Notes under the pieces: model-generated
Databases searched by the model: none
Seen by the model: only the letters and a program-made list of their open reading frames with translations
Told to the model about the DNA's origin: nothing
Assembly (NCBI GenBank): GCA_964016885.1
Contig: OZ024752.1
Coordinates: forward strand, 34,596,001-34,660,000
Reading direction: 5' to 3'
Origin: Eledone cirrhosa
Taxonomy: Eukaryota
DNA: 64,000 nucleotides
Shown here: piece by piece, positions 1 through 15,000 of the stretch
Layout of the letters: each line of letters starts with the position of its first letter
How positions within the stretch are numbered: position 1 is the first letter of the stretch
Program-made: the position numbers and the translations under genes

Positions 1-3000
1 GAGAGAACATGCACAGGGTTACTGAGAAGGGGCAATGGTAAGACAGAGAGAACATGCACAGGGTTACTGAGTAGGGGCAATGATAAGACAGAGAGAACAT
101 GCACAGGGTTACTGCGAAGGGGAAAGTAGGGGCAATGATAAGACAGAGAGAACATGCACAGGGTTACTGTGAAGGGGAAAGAAGGGGCAATGATAAGACA
201 GAGAGAACATGCACAGGGTTACTGCGAAGGGGAAAGAAGGGGCAATGATAAGACAGAGAGAACATGCACAGAGTTACTGCGAAGGGGAAAGAAGGGGCAA
301 TGGTAAGACAGAGAGAACATGCACAGGGTTACTGAGAAGGGGCAATGGTAAGACAGAGAGAACATGTACCGGGTTACTAAGAAGGGGCAATGGTAAGACA
401 GAGAGAACATGCACAGGGTTACTGAGAAGGGGCAATGGTAAGACAGAGAGAACATGCACAGGGTTACGGAGAAGGGGCAATGGTAGACAGAGAGAACATG
501 CACAGTGTTACTGAGAAGGGGAAATAGTAAGACAGAGAGAACATGCACAGTGTTACTGAGAAGGGGCAATGGTAAGACAGAGAGAACATGCACTGGGTTA
601 CTGAGAAGGGGCAATGGTAAGACAGAGAGAACATGCTCAGGGTTACTGAGAAGGGGCAATGGTAAGACAGAGAGAACATGCTCAGGGTTACTGAGAAGGG
701 GCAATGGTAGACAGAGAGAACATGCACAGTGTTACTGAGAAGGGGAAATAGTAAGACAGAGAGAACATGTACAGGGTTACTAAGAAGGGGCAATGGTAAG
801 ACAGAGAGAACATGCACTGGGTTACTGAGAAGGGGCAATGGTAAGACAGAGAGAACATGCACAGGGTTAATGAGAAGGGGCAATGGTAAGACAGAGAGAA
901 CATGCTCAGGGTTACTGAGAAGGGGCAATGGTAAGACAGAGAGAACATGCACAGGGTTACTGAGAAGGGGCAATGGTAAGACAGAGAGAACGTGCACAGG
1001 GTTACTGAGAAGGGGCAATGGTAAGTCAGAGAGAACATGCACAGGGTTACTGAGAAAAGGCAATGGTAAGACAGAGAGAACATGCACAGGGTTACTGAGA
1101 AGGGGCAATGGTAAGACAGAGAGAACATGCACAGGGTTACTGAGAAGGGGCAATGGTAAGACAGAGAGAACATGCACAGGGTTACTGAGAAGGGGCAATG
1201 GTAAGACAGAGAGAACATGCACAGGGTTACCGAGAAGGGGCAATGATAAGACAGAGAGAACATGCACAGGGTTACTGAGAAGGGGCAATGGTAAGACAGA
1301 GAGAACATGCACAGGGTTACTGAGAAGGGGCAATGGTAAGACGGAGAGAACATGCACAGGGTTACTGAGAAGGAGCAATGGTAAGACAGAGAGAACATGC
1401 ACAGGGTTACTGAGAAGGGGCAATGGTAAGACGGAGAGAACATGCACAGGGTTACTGAGAAGGAGCAATGGTAAGACAGAGAGAACATGCACAGGGTTAC
1501 TGAGAAGGGGCAATGATAAGACAGAGAGAACATGCACAGGGTTACTGAGAAGGGGCAATGGTAAGACGGAGAGAACATGCACAGGGTTACTGAGAAGGAG
1601 CAATGGTAAGACAGAGAGAACATGCACAGGGTTACTGAGAAGGGGCAATGATAAGACAGAGAGAACATGCACAGGGTTACTGAGAAGGGGCAATGGTAAG
1701 ACGGAGAGAACATGCACAGGGTTACTGAGAAGGAGCAATGGTAAGACAGAGAGAACATGCACAGGGTTACTGAGTAGGGGCAATGATAAGACAGAGAGAA
1801 CATGCACAGGGTTACTGCGAAGGGGAAAGAAGGGGCAATGATAAGACAGAGAGAACATGCACAGGGTTACTGCGAAGGGGAAAGAAGGGGCAATGATAAG
1901 ACAGAGATAACATGCACAGGGTTACTGCGAAGGGGAAAGAAGGGGCAATGATAAGACAGAGAAAACATGCACAGAGTTACTGCGAAGGGGAAAGAAGGGG
2001 CAATGGTAAGACAGAGAGAACATGCACAGGGTTACTGAGAAGGGGCAATGGTAAGACAGAGAGAACATGCACAGTGTTACTGAGAAGGGGAAATAGTAAG
2101 ACAGAAAGAAAATGCACTGGGTTACTGAGAAGGGGCAATGGTAAGACAGAGAGAACATGCACAGTGTTACTGAGAAGGGGAAATAGTAAGACAGAGAGAA
2201 CATGCACAGGGTTACTGAGAAGAGGCAATGGTAAGACAGAGAGAACATGCACAGGCTTACTGAGAAGGGGCAATGGTAAGACAGAGAGAACATGCACAGG
2301 GTTACTGAGAAGGGGCAATGGTAAGACAGAGAGAACATGCACAGGGTTACTGAGAAGAGGCAAAGGTAAGACAGAGAGAACATGCACAGTGTTACTGAGA
2401 AGAGGCAATGGTAAGACAGAGAGAACATGCACAGGCTTACTGAGAAGGGGCAATGGTAAGACAGAGAGAACATGCACAGGGTAACTGAGAAGAGGCAATG
2501 GTAAGACAGAGAGAACATGCACAGGGTTACTGAGAAGGGGCAATGGTAAGACAGAGAGAACATGCACAGGGTTACTGAGAAGAGGCAAAGGTAAGACAGA
2601 GAGAACATGCACAGTGTTACTGAGAAGAGGCAATGGTAAGACAGAGAGAACATGCACAGGGTTACTGAGAAGGGGTAATGGTAAGACAGAGAGAACATGC
2701 ACAGTGGTACTGAGAAGGGGCAATGGTAAGACAGAGAGAACATGCACAGGGTTACTGAGAAGGGGTAATGGTAAGACAGAGAGAACATGCACAGGGTTAC
2801 TGAGAAGGGGTAATGGTAGGACAGAGAGAACATGCACAGTGGTACTGAGAAGGGGTAATGGTAAGACAGAGAGAACATGCACAGGGTTACTGAGAAGGGG
2901 TAATGGTAAGACAGAGAGAACATGCACAGTGGTACTGAGAAGGGGCAATGGTAAGACAGAGAGAACATGCACAGGGTTACTGAGAAAGGGCAATTTTAAG

Positions 3001-6000
3001 ACAGAGAGAACATGCACAGGGTTACTGAGAAGGGGCAATGGTAAGACAGAGAGAACATGCACAGGGTTACTGAGAAGGGGCAATGGTAAGACAGAGAGAA
3101 CATGCACAGGGTTACTGAGAAGGGGCAATGGTAAGACAGAGAGAACATGTACAGGGTTACTGAGAAAGGGCAATGGTAAGACAGAGAGAACATGCACAGG
3201 GTAACTGAGAAGGGGCAATGGTAAGACAGAGAGAACATGCACAGGGTTACTGAGAAGGGGCAATGGTAAGACAGAGAGAACATGCACAGGGTTACTGAGA
3301 AAGGGGTAATTGTAAGACAGAGAGAACATGCACAATGTTACTGAGAAGGGGCAATGGTAAGACAGAGAGAACATGCACAGGGTTACTGAGAAGGGGCAAT
3401 TGTAAGACAGAGAGAACATGCACAGGGTTACTGAGAAGAGGCAATGTTAAGATAGAGAGAACATGCACAGGGTTACTGAGAAGAGGCAATGGTAAGACAG
3501 AGAGAACATGCACAGGGTTACTGAGAAGGGGCAATGGTAAGACAGAGAGAACATGCACAGTGTTACTGAGAAGAGGCAATGGTAAGACAGAGAGAACATG
3601 TACAGGGTTACTGAGAAGGGGCAATGGTAAGACAGAGAGAACATGCACAGGGTTACTGAGAAGAGGCAATGGTAAGACAGAGAGAACATGCACAGGGTTA
3701 CTGAGAAGAGGCAATGGTAAGACAGAGAGAACATGCACAGGGTTACTGAGAAAGGGCAATTTTAAGACAGAGAGAACATGCACAGGGTTACTGAGAAGAG
3801 GCAATGGTAAAACAGAGAGAACATGCACAGGTTAACTGAGAAGGGACAATGGTAAGACAGAGAGAACATGCACAGGGTTACTGAGAAGGGGCAATGGTAA
3901 GACAGAGAGAACATGTACAGGGTTACTGAGAAGGGGCAATGGTAAGACAGAGAGAACATGTACAGGGTTACTGAGAAGGGGCAATGGTAACACAGAGAGA
4001 ACATGCACAGGGTTACTGAGAAGGGGCAATGGTAAGACAGAGAGAACATGTACAGGGTTACTGAGAAGGGGCAATGGTAAGACAGAGAGAACATGTACAG
4101 GGTTACTGAGAAGGGGCAATGGTAACACAGAGAGAACATGCACAGGGTTACTGAGAAGGGGCAATGGTAAGACAGAGAGAACATGCACAGTGTTACTGAG
4201 AAGGGGCAATGGTAAGACAGAGAGAACATGCACAGGTTAACTGAGAAGGGACAATGGTAAGACAGAGAGAACATGCACAGGGTTACTGAGAAGGGGCAAT
4301 GGTAAGACAGAGAGAACATGTACAGGGTTACTGAGAAGGGGCAATGGTAAGACAGAGAGAACATGTACAGGGTTACTGAGAAGGGGCAATGGTAACACAG
4401 AGAGAACATGCACAGGGTTACTGAGAAGGGGCAATGGTAAGACAGAGAGAACATGTACAGGGTTACTGAGAAGGGGCAATGGTAAGACAGAGAGAACATG
4501 TACAGGGTTACTGAGAAGGGGCAATGGTAACACAGAGAGAACATGCACAGTGTTACTGAGAAGGGGAAATAGTAAGACAGAGAGAACATGCACAGTGTTA
4601 CTGAGAAGGGGCAATGGTAAGACAGAGAGAACATGCACTGGGTTACTGAGAAGGGGCAATGGTAAGACAGAGAGAACATGCTCAGGGTTACTGAGAAGGG
4701 GCAATGGTAAGACAGAGAGAACATGCTCAGGGTTACTGAGAAGGGGCAATGGTAGACAGAGAGAACATGCACAGTGTTACTGAGAAGGGGAAATAGTAAG
4801 ACAGAGAGAACATGTACAGGGTTACTAAGAAGGGGCAATGGTAAGACAGAGAGAACATGCACTGGGTTACTGAGAAGGGGCAATGGTAAGACAGAGAGAA
4901 CATGCACAGGGTTAATGAGAAGGGGCAATGGTAAGACAGAGAGAACATGCTCAGGGTTACTGAGAAGGGGCAATGGTAAGACAGAGAGAACATGCACAGG
5001 GTTACTGAGAAGGGGCAATGGTAAGACAGAGAGAACGTGCACAGGGTTACTGAGAAGGGGCAATGGTAAGTCAGAGAGAACATGCACAGGGTTACTGAGA
5101 AAAGGCAATGGTAAGACAGAGAGAACATGCACAGGGTTACTGAGAAGGGGCAATGGTAAGACAGAGAGAACATGCACAGGGTTACTGAGAAGGGGCAATG
5201 GTAAGACAGAGAGAACATGCACAGGGTTACTGAGAAGGGGCAATGGTAAGACAGAGAGAACATGCACAGGGTTACCGAGAAGGGGCAATGATAAGACAGA
5301 GAGAACATGCACAGGGTTACTGAGAAGGGGCAATGGTAAGACAGAGAGAACATGCACAGGGTTACTGAGAAGGGGCAATGGTAAGACGGAGAGAACATGC
5401 ACAGGGTTACTGAGAAGGAGCAATGGTAAGACAGAGAGAACATGCACAGGGTTACTGAGAAGGGGCAATGGTAAGACGGAGAGAACATGCACAGGGTTAC
5501 TGAGAAGGAGCAATGGTAAGACAGAGAGAACATGCACAGGGTTACTGAGAAGGGGCAATGATAAGACAGAGAGAACATGCACAGGGTTACTGAGAAGGGG
5601 CAATGGTAAGACGGAGAGAACATGCACAGGGTTACTGAGAAGGAGCAATGGTAAGACAGAGAGAACATGCACAGGGTTACTGAGAAGGGGCAATGATAAG
5701 ACAGAGAGAACATGCACAGGGTTACTGAGAAGGGGCAATGGTAAGACGGAGAGAACATGCACAGGGTTACTGAGAAGGAGCAATGGTAAGACAGAGAGAA
5801 CATGCACAGGGTTACTGAGTAGGGGCAATGATAAGACAGAGAGAACATGCACAGGGTTACTGCGAAGGGGAAAGAAGGGGCAATGATAAGACAGAGAGAA
5901 CATGCACAGGGTTACTGCGAAGGGGAAAGAAGGGGCAATGATAAGACAGAGATAACATGCACAGGGTTACTGCGAAGGGGAAAGAAGGGGCAATGATAAG

Positions 6001-9000
6001 ACAGAGAAAACATGCACAGAGTTACTGCGAAGGGGAAAGAAGGGGCAATGGTAAGACAGAGAGAACATGCACAGTGTTACTGAGAAGGGGAAATAGTAAG
6101 ACAGAAAGAAAATGCACTGGGTTACTGAGAAGGGGCAATGGTAAGACAGAGAGAACATGCACAGTGTTACTGAGAAGGGGAAATAGTAAGACAGAGAGAA
6201 CATGCACAGGGTTACTGAGAAGAGGCAATGGTAAGACAGAGAGAACATGCACAGGCTTACTGAGAAGGGGCAATGGTAAGACAGAGAGAACATGCACAGG
6301 GTTACTGAGAAGGGGCAATGGTAAGACAGAGAGAACATGCACAGGCTTACTGAGAAGAGGCAAAGGTAAGACAGAGAGAACATGCACAGTGTTACTGAGA
6401 AGAGGCAATGGTAAGACAGAGAGAACATGCACAGGCTTACTGAGAAGGGGCAATGGTAAGACAGAGAGAACATGCACAGGGTAACTGAGAAGAGGCAATG
6501 GTAAGACAGAGAGAACATGCACAGGGTTACTGAGAAGGGGCAATGGTAAGACAGAGAGAACATGCACAGGGTTACTGAGAAGAGGCAAAGGTAAGACAGA
6601 GAGAACATGCACAGTGTTACTGAGAAGAGGCAATGGTAAGACAGAGAGAACATGCACAGGGTTACTGAGAAGGGGCAATGGTAAGACAGAGAGAACATGC
6701 ACAGTGGTACTGAGAAGGGGCAATGGTAAGACAGAGAGAACATGCACAGGGTTACTGAGAAGGGGTAATGGTAAGACAGAGAGAACATGCACAGGGTTAC
6801 TGAGAAGGGGTAATGGTAGGACAGAGAGAACATGCACAGTGGTACTGAGAAGGGGTAATGGTAAGACAGAGAGAACATGCACAGGGTTACTGAGAAGGGG
6901 TAATGGTAAGACAGAGAGAACATGCACAGTGGTACTGAGAAGGGGCAATGGTAAGACAGAGAGAACATGCACAGGGTTACTGAGAAAGGGCAATTTTAAG
7001 ACAGAGAGAACATGCACAGGGTTACTGAGAAGGGGCAATGGTAAGACAGAGAGAACATGCACAGGGTTACTGAGAAGGGGCAATGGTAAGACAGAGAGAA
7101 CATGCACAGGGTTACTGAGAAGGGGCAATGGTAAGACAGAGAGAACATGTACAGGGTTACTGAGAAAGGGCAATGGTAAGACAGAGAGAACATGCACAGG
7201 GTAACTGAGAAGGGGCAATGGTAAGACAGAGAGAACATGCACAGGGTTACTGAGAAGGGGCAATGGTAAGACAGAGAGAACATGCACAGGGTTACTGAGA
7301 AAGGGGTAATTGTAAGACAGAGAGAACATGCACAATGTTACTGAGAAGGGGCAATGGTAAGACAGAGAGAACATGCACAGGGTTACTGAGAAGGGGCAAT
7401 TGTAAGACAGAGAGAACATGCACAGGGTTACTGAGAAGAGGCAATGTTAAGATAGAGAGAACATGCACAGGGTTACTGAGAAGAGGCAATGGTAAGACAG
7501 AGAGAACATGCACAGGGTTACTGAGAAGGGGCAATGGTAAGACAGAGAGAACATGCACAGTGTTACTGAGAAGAGGCAATGGTAAGACAGAGAGAACATG
7601 TACAGGGTTACTGAGAAGGGGCAATGGTAAGACAGAGAGAACATGCACAGGGTTACTGAGAAGAGGCAATGGTAAGACAGAGAGAACATGCACAGGGTTA
7701 CTGAGAAGAGGCAATGGTAAGACAGAGAGAACATGCACAGGGTTACTGAGAAAGGGCAATTTTAAGACAGAGAGAACATGCACAGGGTTACTGAGAAGAG
7801 GCAATGGTAAAACAGAGAGAACATGCACAGGTTAACTGAGAAGGGACAATGGTAAGACAGAGAGAACATGCACAGGGTTACTGAGAAGGGGCAATGGTAA
7901 GACAGAGAGAACATGTACAGGGTTACTGAGAAGGGGCAATGGTAAGACAGAGAGAACATGTACAGGGTTACTGAGAAGGGGCAATGGTAACACAGAGAGA
8001 ACATGCACAGGGTTACTGAGAAGGGGCAATGGTAAGACAGAGAGAACATGTACAGGGTTACTGAGAAGGGGCAATGGTAAGACAGAGAGAACATGTACAG
8101 GGTTACTGAGAAGGGGCAATGGTAACACAGAGAGAACATGCACAGGGTTACTGAGAAGGGGCAATGGTAAGACAGAGAGAACATGCACAGTGTTACTGAG
8201 AAGGGGCAATGGTAAGACAGAGAGAACATGCACAGGTTAACTGAGAAGGGACAATGGTAAGACAGAGAGAACATGCACAGGGTTACTGAGAAGGGGCAAT
8301 GGTAAGACAGAGAGAACATGTACAGGGTTACTGAGAAGGGGCAATGGTAAGACAGAGAGAACATGTACAGGGTTACTGAGAAGGGGCAATGGTAACACAG
8401 AGAGAACATGCACAGGGTTACTGAGAAGGGGCAATGGTAAGACAGAGAGAACATGTACAGGGTTACTGAGAAGGGGCAATGGTAAGACAGAGAGAACATG
8501 TACAGGGTTACTGAGAAGGGGCAATGGTAACACAGAGAGAACATGCACAGGGTTACTGAGAAGGGGCAATGGTAAGACAGAGAGAACATGTACAGGGTTA
8601 CTGAGAAGGGGCAATGGTAAGACAGAGAGAACATGCACAGGGTTACTGAGAAGGGGCAATGGTAAGACAGAGAGAACATGTACAGGGTTACTGAGAAGGG
8701 GCAATGGTAAGACAGAGAGAACATGCACAGGGTTACTGAGAAGGGGCAATGGTAAGACAGAGAGAACATGCACAGGGTTACTGAGAAGGGGCAATGGTAA
8801 CACAGAGAGAACATGCACAGGGTTACTGAGAAGGGGCAATGGTAAGACAGAGAGAACATGTACAGGGTTACTGAGAAGGGGCAATGGTAAGACAGAGAGA
8901 ACATGCACAGGGTTACTGAGAAGGGGCAATGGTAAGACAGAGAGAACATGTACAGGGTTACTGAGAAGGGGCAATGGTAAGACAGAGAGAACATGCACAG

Positions 9001-12000
9001 GGTTACTGAGAAGGGGCAATGGTAAGACAGAGAGAACATGTACAGGGTTACTGAGAAGGGGCAATGGTAAGACAGAGAGAACATGCACAGGGTTACTGAG
9101 AAGGGGCAATGGTAAGACAGAGAGAACATGCACAGGGTTACTGAGAAGGGGCAATGGTAACACAGAGAGAACATGCACAGGGTTACTGAGAAGGGGCAAT
9201 GGTAAGACAGAGAGAACATGTACAGGGTTACTGAGAAGGGGCAATGGTAAGACAGAGAGAACATGCACAGGGTTACTGAGAAGGGGCAATGGTAAGACAG
9301 AGAGAACATGTACAGGGTTACTGAGAAGGGGCAATGGTAAGACAGAGAGAACATGCACAGGGTTACTGAGAAGGGGCAATGGTAAGACAGAGAGAACATG
9401 CACAGGGTTACTGAGAAGGGGCAATGGTAAGACAGAGAGAACATGCACAGGGTTACTGAGAAGGGGCAATGGTAAGACAGAGAGAACATGTACAGGGTTA
9501 CTGAGAAGGGGCAATGGTAAGACAGAGAGAACATGCACAGGGTTACTGAGAAGGGGCAATGGTAAGACAGAGAGAACATGCACAGGGTTACTGAGAAGGG
9601 GCAATGGTAAGACAGAGAGAACATGCACAGGGTTACTGAGAAAGGGCAATGGTAAGACAGACAGAACATGTACAGGGTTACTGAGAAGGGGCAATGGTAA
9701 GAAAGAGAGAACATGCACAGTGTTACTGAGAAGGGGCAATGGTAAGACAGAGAGAACATGTACAGGGTTACTGAGAAGGGGCAATGGTAAGACAGAGAGA
9801 ACATGTACAGGGTTACTGAGAAGGGGCAATGGTAAGACAGAGAGAACATGCACAGGGTTACTGAGAAGGGGCAATGGTAAGACAGAGAGAACATGCACAG
9901 GGTTACTGAGAAGGGGCAATGGTAAGACAGAGAGAACATGCACAGGGTTACTGAGAAAGGGCAATGGTAAGACAGACAGAACATGTACAGGGTTACTGAG
10001 AAGGGGCAATGGTAAGAAAGAGAGAACATGCACAGTGTTACTGAGAAGGGGCAATGGTAAGACAGAGAGAACATGTACAGGGTTACTGAGAAGGGGCAAT
10101 GGTAAGACAGAGAGAACATGTACAGGGTTACTGAGAAGGGGCAATGGTAAGACAGAGAGAACATGCACAGGGTTACTGAGAAGGGGCAATGGTAAGACAG
10201 AGAAAACATGTACAGGGTTACTGAGAAGAGGCAATGGTAAGACAGAGAGAACATGCACAGGGTTACTGAGAAGGGGCAATGGTAAGACAGAGAGAACATG
10301 GACAGGGTTACTGAGAAGGGGCAATGGTAAGACAGAGAGAACATGCACAGGGTTACTGAGAAGGGGCAATGGTAAGACAGAGAGAACATGCACAGGGTTA
10401 CTGAGAAAGGGCAATGGTAAGACAGACAGAACATGTACAGGGTTACTGAGAAGGGGCAATGGTAAGAAAGAGAGAACATGCACAAGGTTACTGAGAAGGG
10501 GCAATGGTAAGACAGAGAGAACATGCACAGGGTTACTGAGAAGGGGCAATGGTAAGAAAGAGAGAACATGCACAGTGTTACTGAGAAGGGGCAATGGTAA
10601 GACAGAGAGAACATGCACAGGGTTACTGAGAAGGGGGAATGGTAAGACAGAGAGAACATGCACAGTGTTACTGAGAAGGGGCAATGGTGAGACAGAGAGA
10701 ACATGCACAGTGTTACTGAGAAGGGGCAATGGTAAGACAGAGAGAACATGCACAGTGTTACTGAGAAGGGGCAATGGTAAGACAGAGAGAACATGCACAG
10801 GGTTACTGAGAAAGGGCAATGGTAAGACAGAGAGAACATGCACAGGGTTACTGAGAAGGGGAAATGGTTAGACAGAGAGAACATGCACAGGGTTACTGAG
10901 AAGGGGCAATGGTAAGACAGAGAGAACATGCACAGGGTTACTGAGAAGGGGCCATGGTAAGACAGAGAGAACATGCACAGGGTTACTGAGAAGGGGCAAT
11001 GGTAAGACAGAGAGAACATGTACAGGGTTACTGAGAAGGGGCAATGGTAAGACAGAGAGAACATGCACAGGGTAACTGAGAAGGGGCAATGGTAAGACAG
11101 AGAGAACATGCACAGGGTTACTGAGAAAGGGCAATGGTAAGACAGAGAGAACATGCACAGGGTTACTGAGAAGGGGCAATGGTAAGACAGAGAGAACATG
11201 TACAGGGTTACTGAGAAAGGGCAATGGTAAGACAGAGAGAACATGTACAGGGTTACTGAGAAGGGGCAATGGTAAGACAGAGAGAACATGTACAGGGTTA
11301 CTGAGAAGGGGCAATGGTAAGACAGAGAGAACATGCACAGGGTTACTGAGAAGGGGCAATGGTAAGACAGAGAGAACATGTACAGGGTTACTGAGAAGGG
11401 GCAATGGTAAGACAGAGAGAACATGCACAGGGTTACTGAGAAGGGGCAATGGTAAGACAGAGAGAACATGTACAGGGTTACTGAGAAGGGGCAATAGTAA
11501 GACAGAGAGAACATGCACAGGGTTACTGAGAAGGGGCAATGGTAAGACAGAGAGAACATGCACAGGGTTACTGAGAAGGGGCAATGGTAACACAGAGAGA
11601 ACATGCACAGGGTTACTGAGAAGGGGCAATGGTAAGACAGAGAGAACATGTACAGGGTTACTGAGAAGGGGCAATGGTAAGACAGAGAGAACATGCACAG
11701 GGTTACTGTGAAGGGGCAATGGTAAGACAGAGAGAACATGTACAGGGTTACTGAGAAGGGGCAATGGTAAGACAGAGAGAACATGCACAGGGTTACTGAG
11801 AAGGGGCAATGGTAAGACAGAGAGAACATGCACAGGGTTACTGAGAAGGGGCAATGGTAAGACAGAGAGAACATGCACAGGGTTACTGAGAAGGGGCAAT
11901 GGTAAGACAGAGAGAACATGTACAGGGTTACTGAGAAGGGGCAATGGTAAGACAGAGAGAACATGCACAGGGTTACTGAGAAGGGGCAATGGTAAGACAG

Positions 12001-15000
12001 AGAGAACATGCACAGGGTTACTGAGAAGGGGCAATGGTAAGACAGAGAGAACATGCACAGGGTTACTGAGAAAGGGCAATGGTAAGACAGACAGAACATG
12101 TACAGGGTTACTGAGAAGGGGCAATGGTAAGAAAGAGAGAACATGCACAGTGTTACTGAGAAGGGGCAATGGTAAGACAGAGAGAACATGTACAGGGTTA
12201 CTGAGAAGGGGCAATGGTAAGACAGAGAGAACATGTACAGGGTTACTGAGAAGGGGCAATGGTAAGACAGAGAGAACATGCACAGGGTTACTGAGAAGGG
12301 GCAATGGTAAGACAGAGAGAACATGCACAGGGTTACTGAGAAGGGGCAATGGTAAGACAGAGAGAACATGCACAGGGTTACTGAGAAAGGGCAATGGTAA
12401 GACAGACAGAACATGTACAGGGTTACTGAGAAGGGGCAATGGTAAGAAAGAGAGAACATGCACAGTGTTACTGAGAAGGGGCAATGGTAAGACAGAGAGA
12501 ACATGTACAGGGTTACTGAGAAGGGGCAATGGTAAGACAGAGAGAACATGTACAGGGTTACTGAGAAGGGGCAATGGTAAGACAGAGAGAACATGCACAG
12601 GGTTACTGAGAAGGGGCAATGGTAAGACAGAGAAAACATGTACAGGGTTACTGAGAAGAGGCAATGGTAAGACAGAGAGAACATGCACAGGGTTACTGAG
12701 AAGGGGCAATGGTAAGACAGAGAGAACATGGACAGGGTTACTGAGAAGGGGCAATGGTAAGACAGAGAGAACATGCACAGGGTTACTGAGAAGGGGCAAT
12801 GGTAAGACAGAGAGAACATGCACAGGGTTACTGAGAAAGGGCAATGGTAAGACAGACAGAACATGTACAGGGTTACTGAGAAGGGGCAATGGTAAGAAAG
12901 AGAGAACATGCACAGGGTTACTGAGAAGGGGCAATGGTAAGACAGAGAGAACATGCACAGGGTTACTGAGAAGGGGCAATGGTAAGAAAGAGAGAACATG
13001 CACAGTGTTACTGAGAAGGGGCAATGGTAAGACAGAGAGAACATGCACAGGGTTACTGAGAAGGGGGAATGGTAAGACAGAGAGAACATGCACAGTGTTA
13101 CTGAGAAGGGGCAATGGTGAGACAGAGAGAACATGCACAGTGTTACTGAGAAGGGGCAATGGTAAGACAGAGAGAACATGCACAGTGTTACTGAGAAGGG
13201 GCAATGGTAAGACAGAGAGAACATGCACAGGGTTACTGAGAAAGGGCAATGGTAAGACAGAGAGAACATGCACAGGGTTACTGAGAAGGGGAAATGGTTA
13301 GACAGAGAGAACATGCACAGGGTTACTGAGAAGGGGCAATGGTAAGACAGAGAGAACATGCACAGGGTTACTGAGAAGGGGCCATGGTAAGACAGAGAGA
13401 ACATGCACAGGGTTACTGAGAAGGGGCAATGGTAAGACAGAGAGAACATGTACAGGGTTACTGAGAAGGGGCAATGGTAAGACAGAGAGAACATGCACAG
13501 GGTAACTGAGAAGGGGCAATGGTAAGACAGAGAGAACATGCACAGGGTTACTGAGAAAGGGCAATGGTAAGACAGAGAGAACATGCACAGGGTTACTGAG
13601 AAGGGGCAATGGTAAGACAGAGAGAACATGTACAGGGTTACTGAGAAAGGGCAATGGTAAGACAGAGAGAACATGTACAGGGTTACTGAGAAGGGGCAAT
13701 GGTAAGACAGAGAGAACATGTACAGGGTTACTGAGAAAGGGCAATGGTAAGACAGAGAGAACATGCACAGGGTTACTGAGAAGGGGCAATGGTAAGACAG
13801 AGAGAACATGTACAGGGTTACTGAGAAAGGGCAATGGTAAGACAGAGAGAACATGTACAGGGTTACTGAGAAGGGGCAATGGTAAGACAGAGAGAACATG
13901 TACAGGGTTACTGAGAAGGGGCAATGGTAAGACAGAGAGAACATGTACAGGGTTACTGAGAAGGGGCAATGGTAAGACAGAGAGAACATGCACAGGGTAA
14001 CTGAGAAGGGGCAATGGTAAGACAGAGAGAACATGCACAGGGTTACTGAGAAGGGGCAATGGTAAGACAGAGAAAACATGTACAGGGTTACTGAGAAGGG
14101 GCAATGGTAAGACAGAGAGAACATGCACAGGGTAACTGAGAAGGGACAATGGTAAGAAAGAGAGAAGATGCACAGGGTTACTGAGAAGGGGCAATGGTAA
14201 GACAGAGAGAACATGTACAGGGTTACTGAGAAGGGGCAATGGTAAGACAGAGAGAACATGTACAGGGTTACTGAGAAAGGGCAATGGTAAGACAGAGAGA
14301 ACATGCACAGTGTTACTGAGAAGGGGCAATGGTAAGACAGAGAAAACATGCACAAGGTTACTGAGAAAGGGCAATGGTAAGACAGAGAGAACATGCACAG
14401 TGTTACTGAGAAAGGGCAATGGTAAGACAGAGAGAACATGCACAGGGTTACTGAGAAGGGGCAATGGTAAGACAGAGAGAACATGCACAAGGTTACTGAG
14501 AAAGGGCAATGGTAAGACAGAGAGAACATGCACAGGGTTACTGAGAAGGGGCAATGGTAAGACAGAGAGAACATGCACAGGGTTACTGAGAAAGGGCAAT
14601 GGTAAGACAGAGAGAATATGCACAGGGTTACTGAGAAAGGGCAATGGTAAGACAGAGAGAACATGAACAGGGTTACTGAGAAGGGGCAATGGTAAGACAG
14701 AGAGAACATGCACAGGGTTACTGAGAAAGGGCAATGGTAAGACAGAGAGAACATGCACAGGGTTACTGAGAAAGGGCAATGGTAAGACAGAGAGAACATG
14801 AACAGGGTTACTGAGAAAGGGCAATGGTAAGACAGAGAGAACATGCACAGGGTTACTGAGAAAGGGCAATGGTAAGACAGAGAGAACATGCACAGGGTTA
14901 CTGAGAAGGGGCAATGGTAAGACAGAGAGAACATGCACAAGGTTACTGAGAAAGGGCAATGGTAAGACAGAGAGAACATGCACAGGGTTACTGAGAAGGG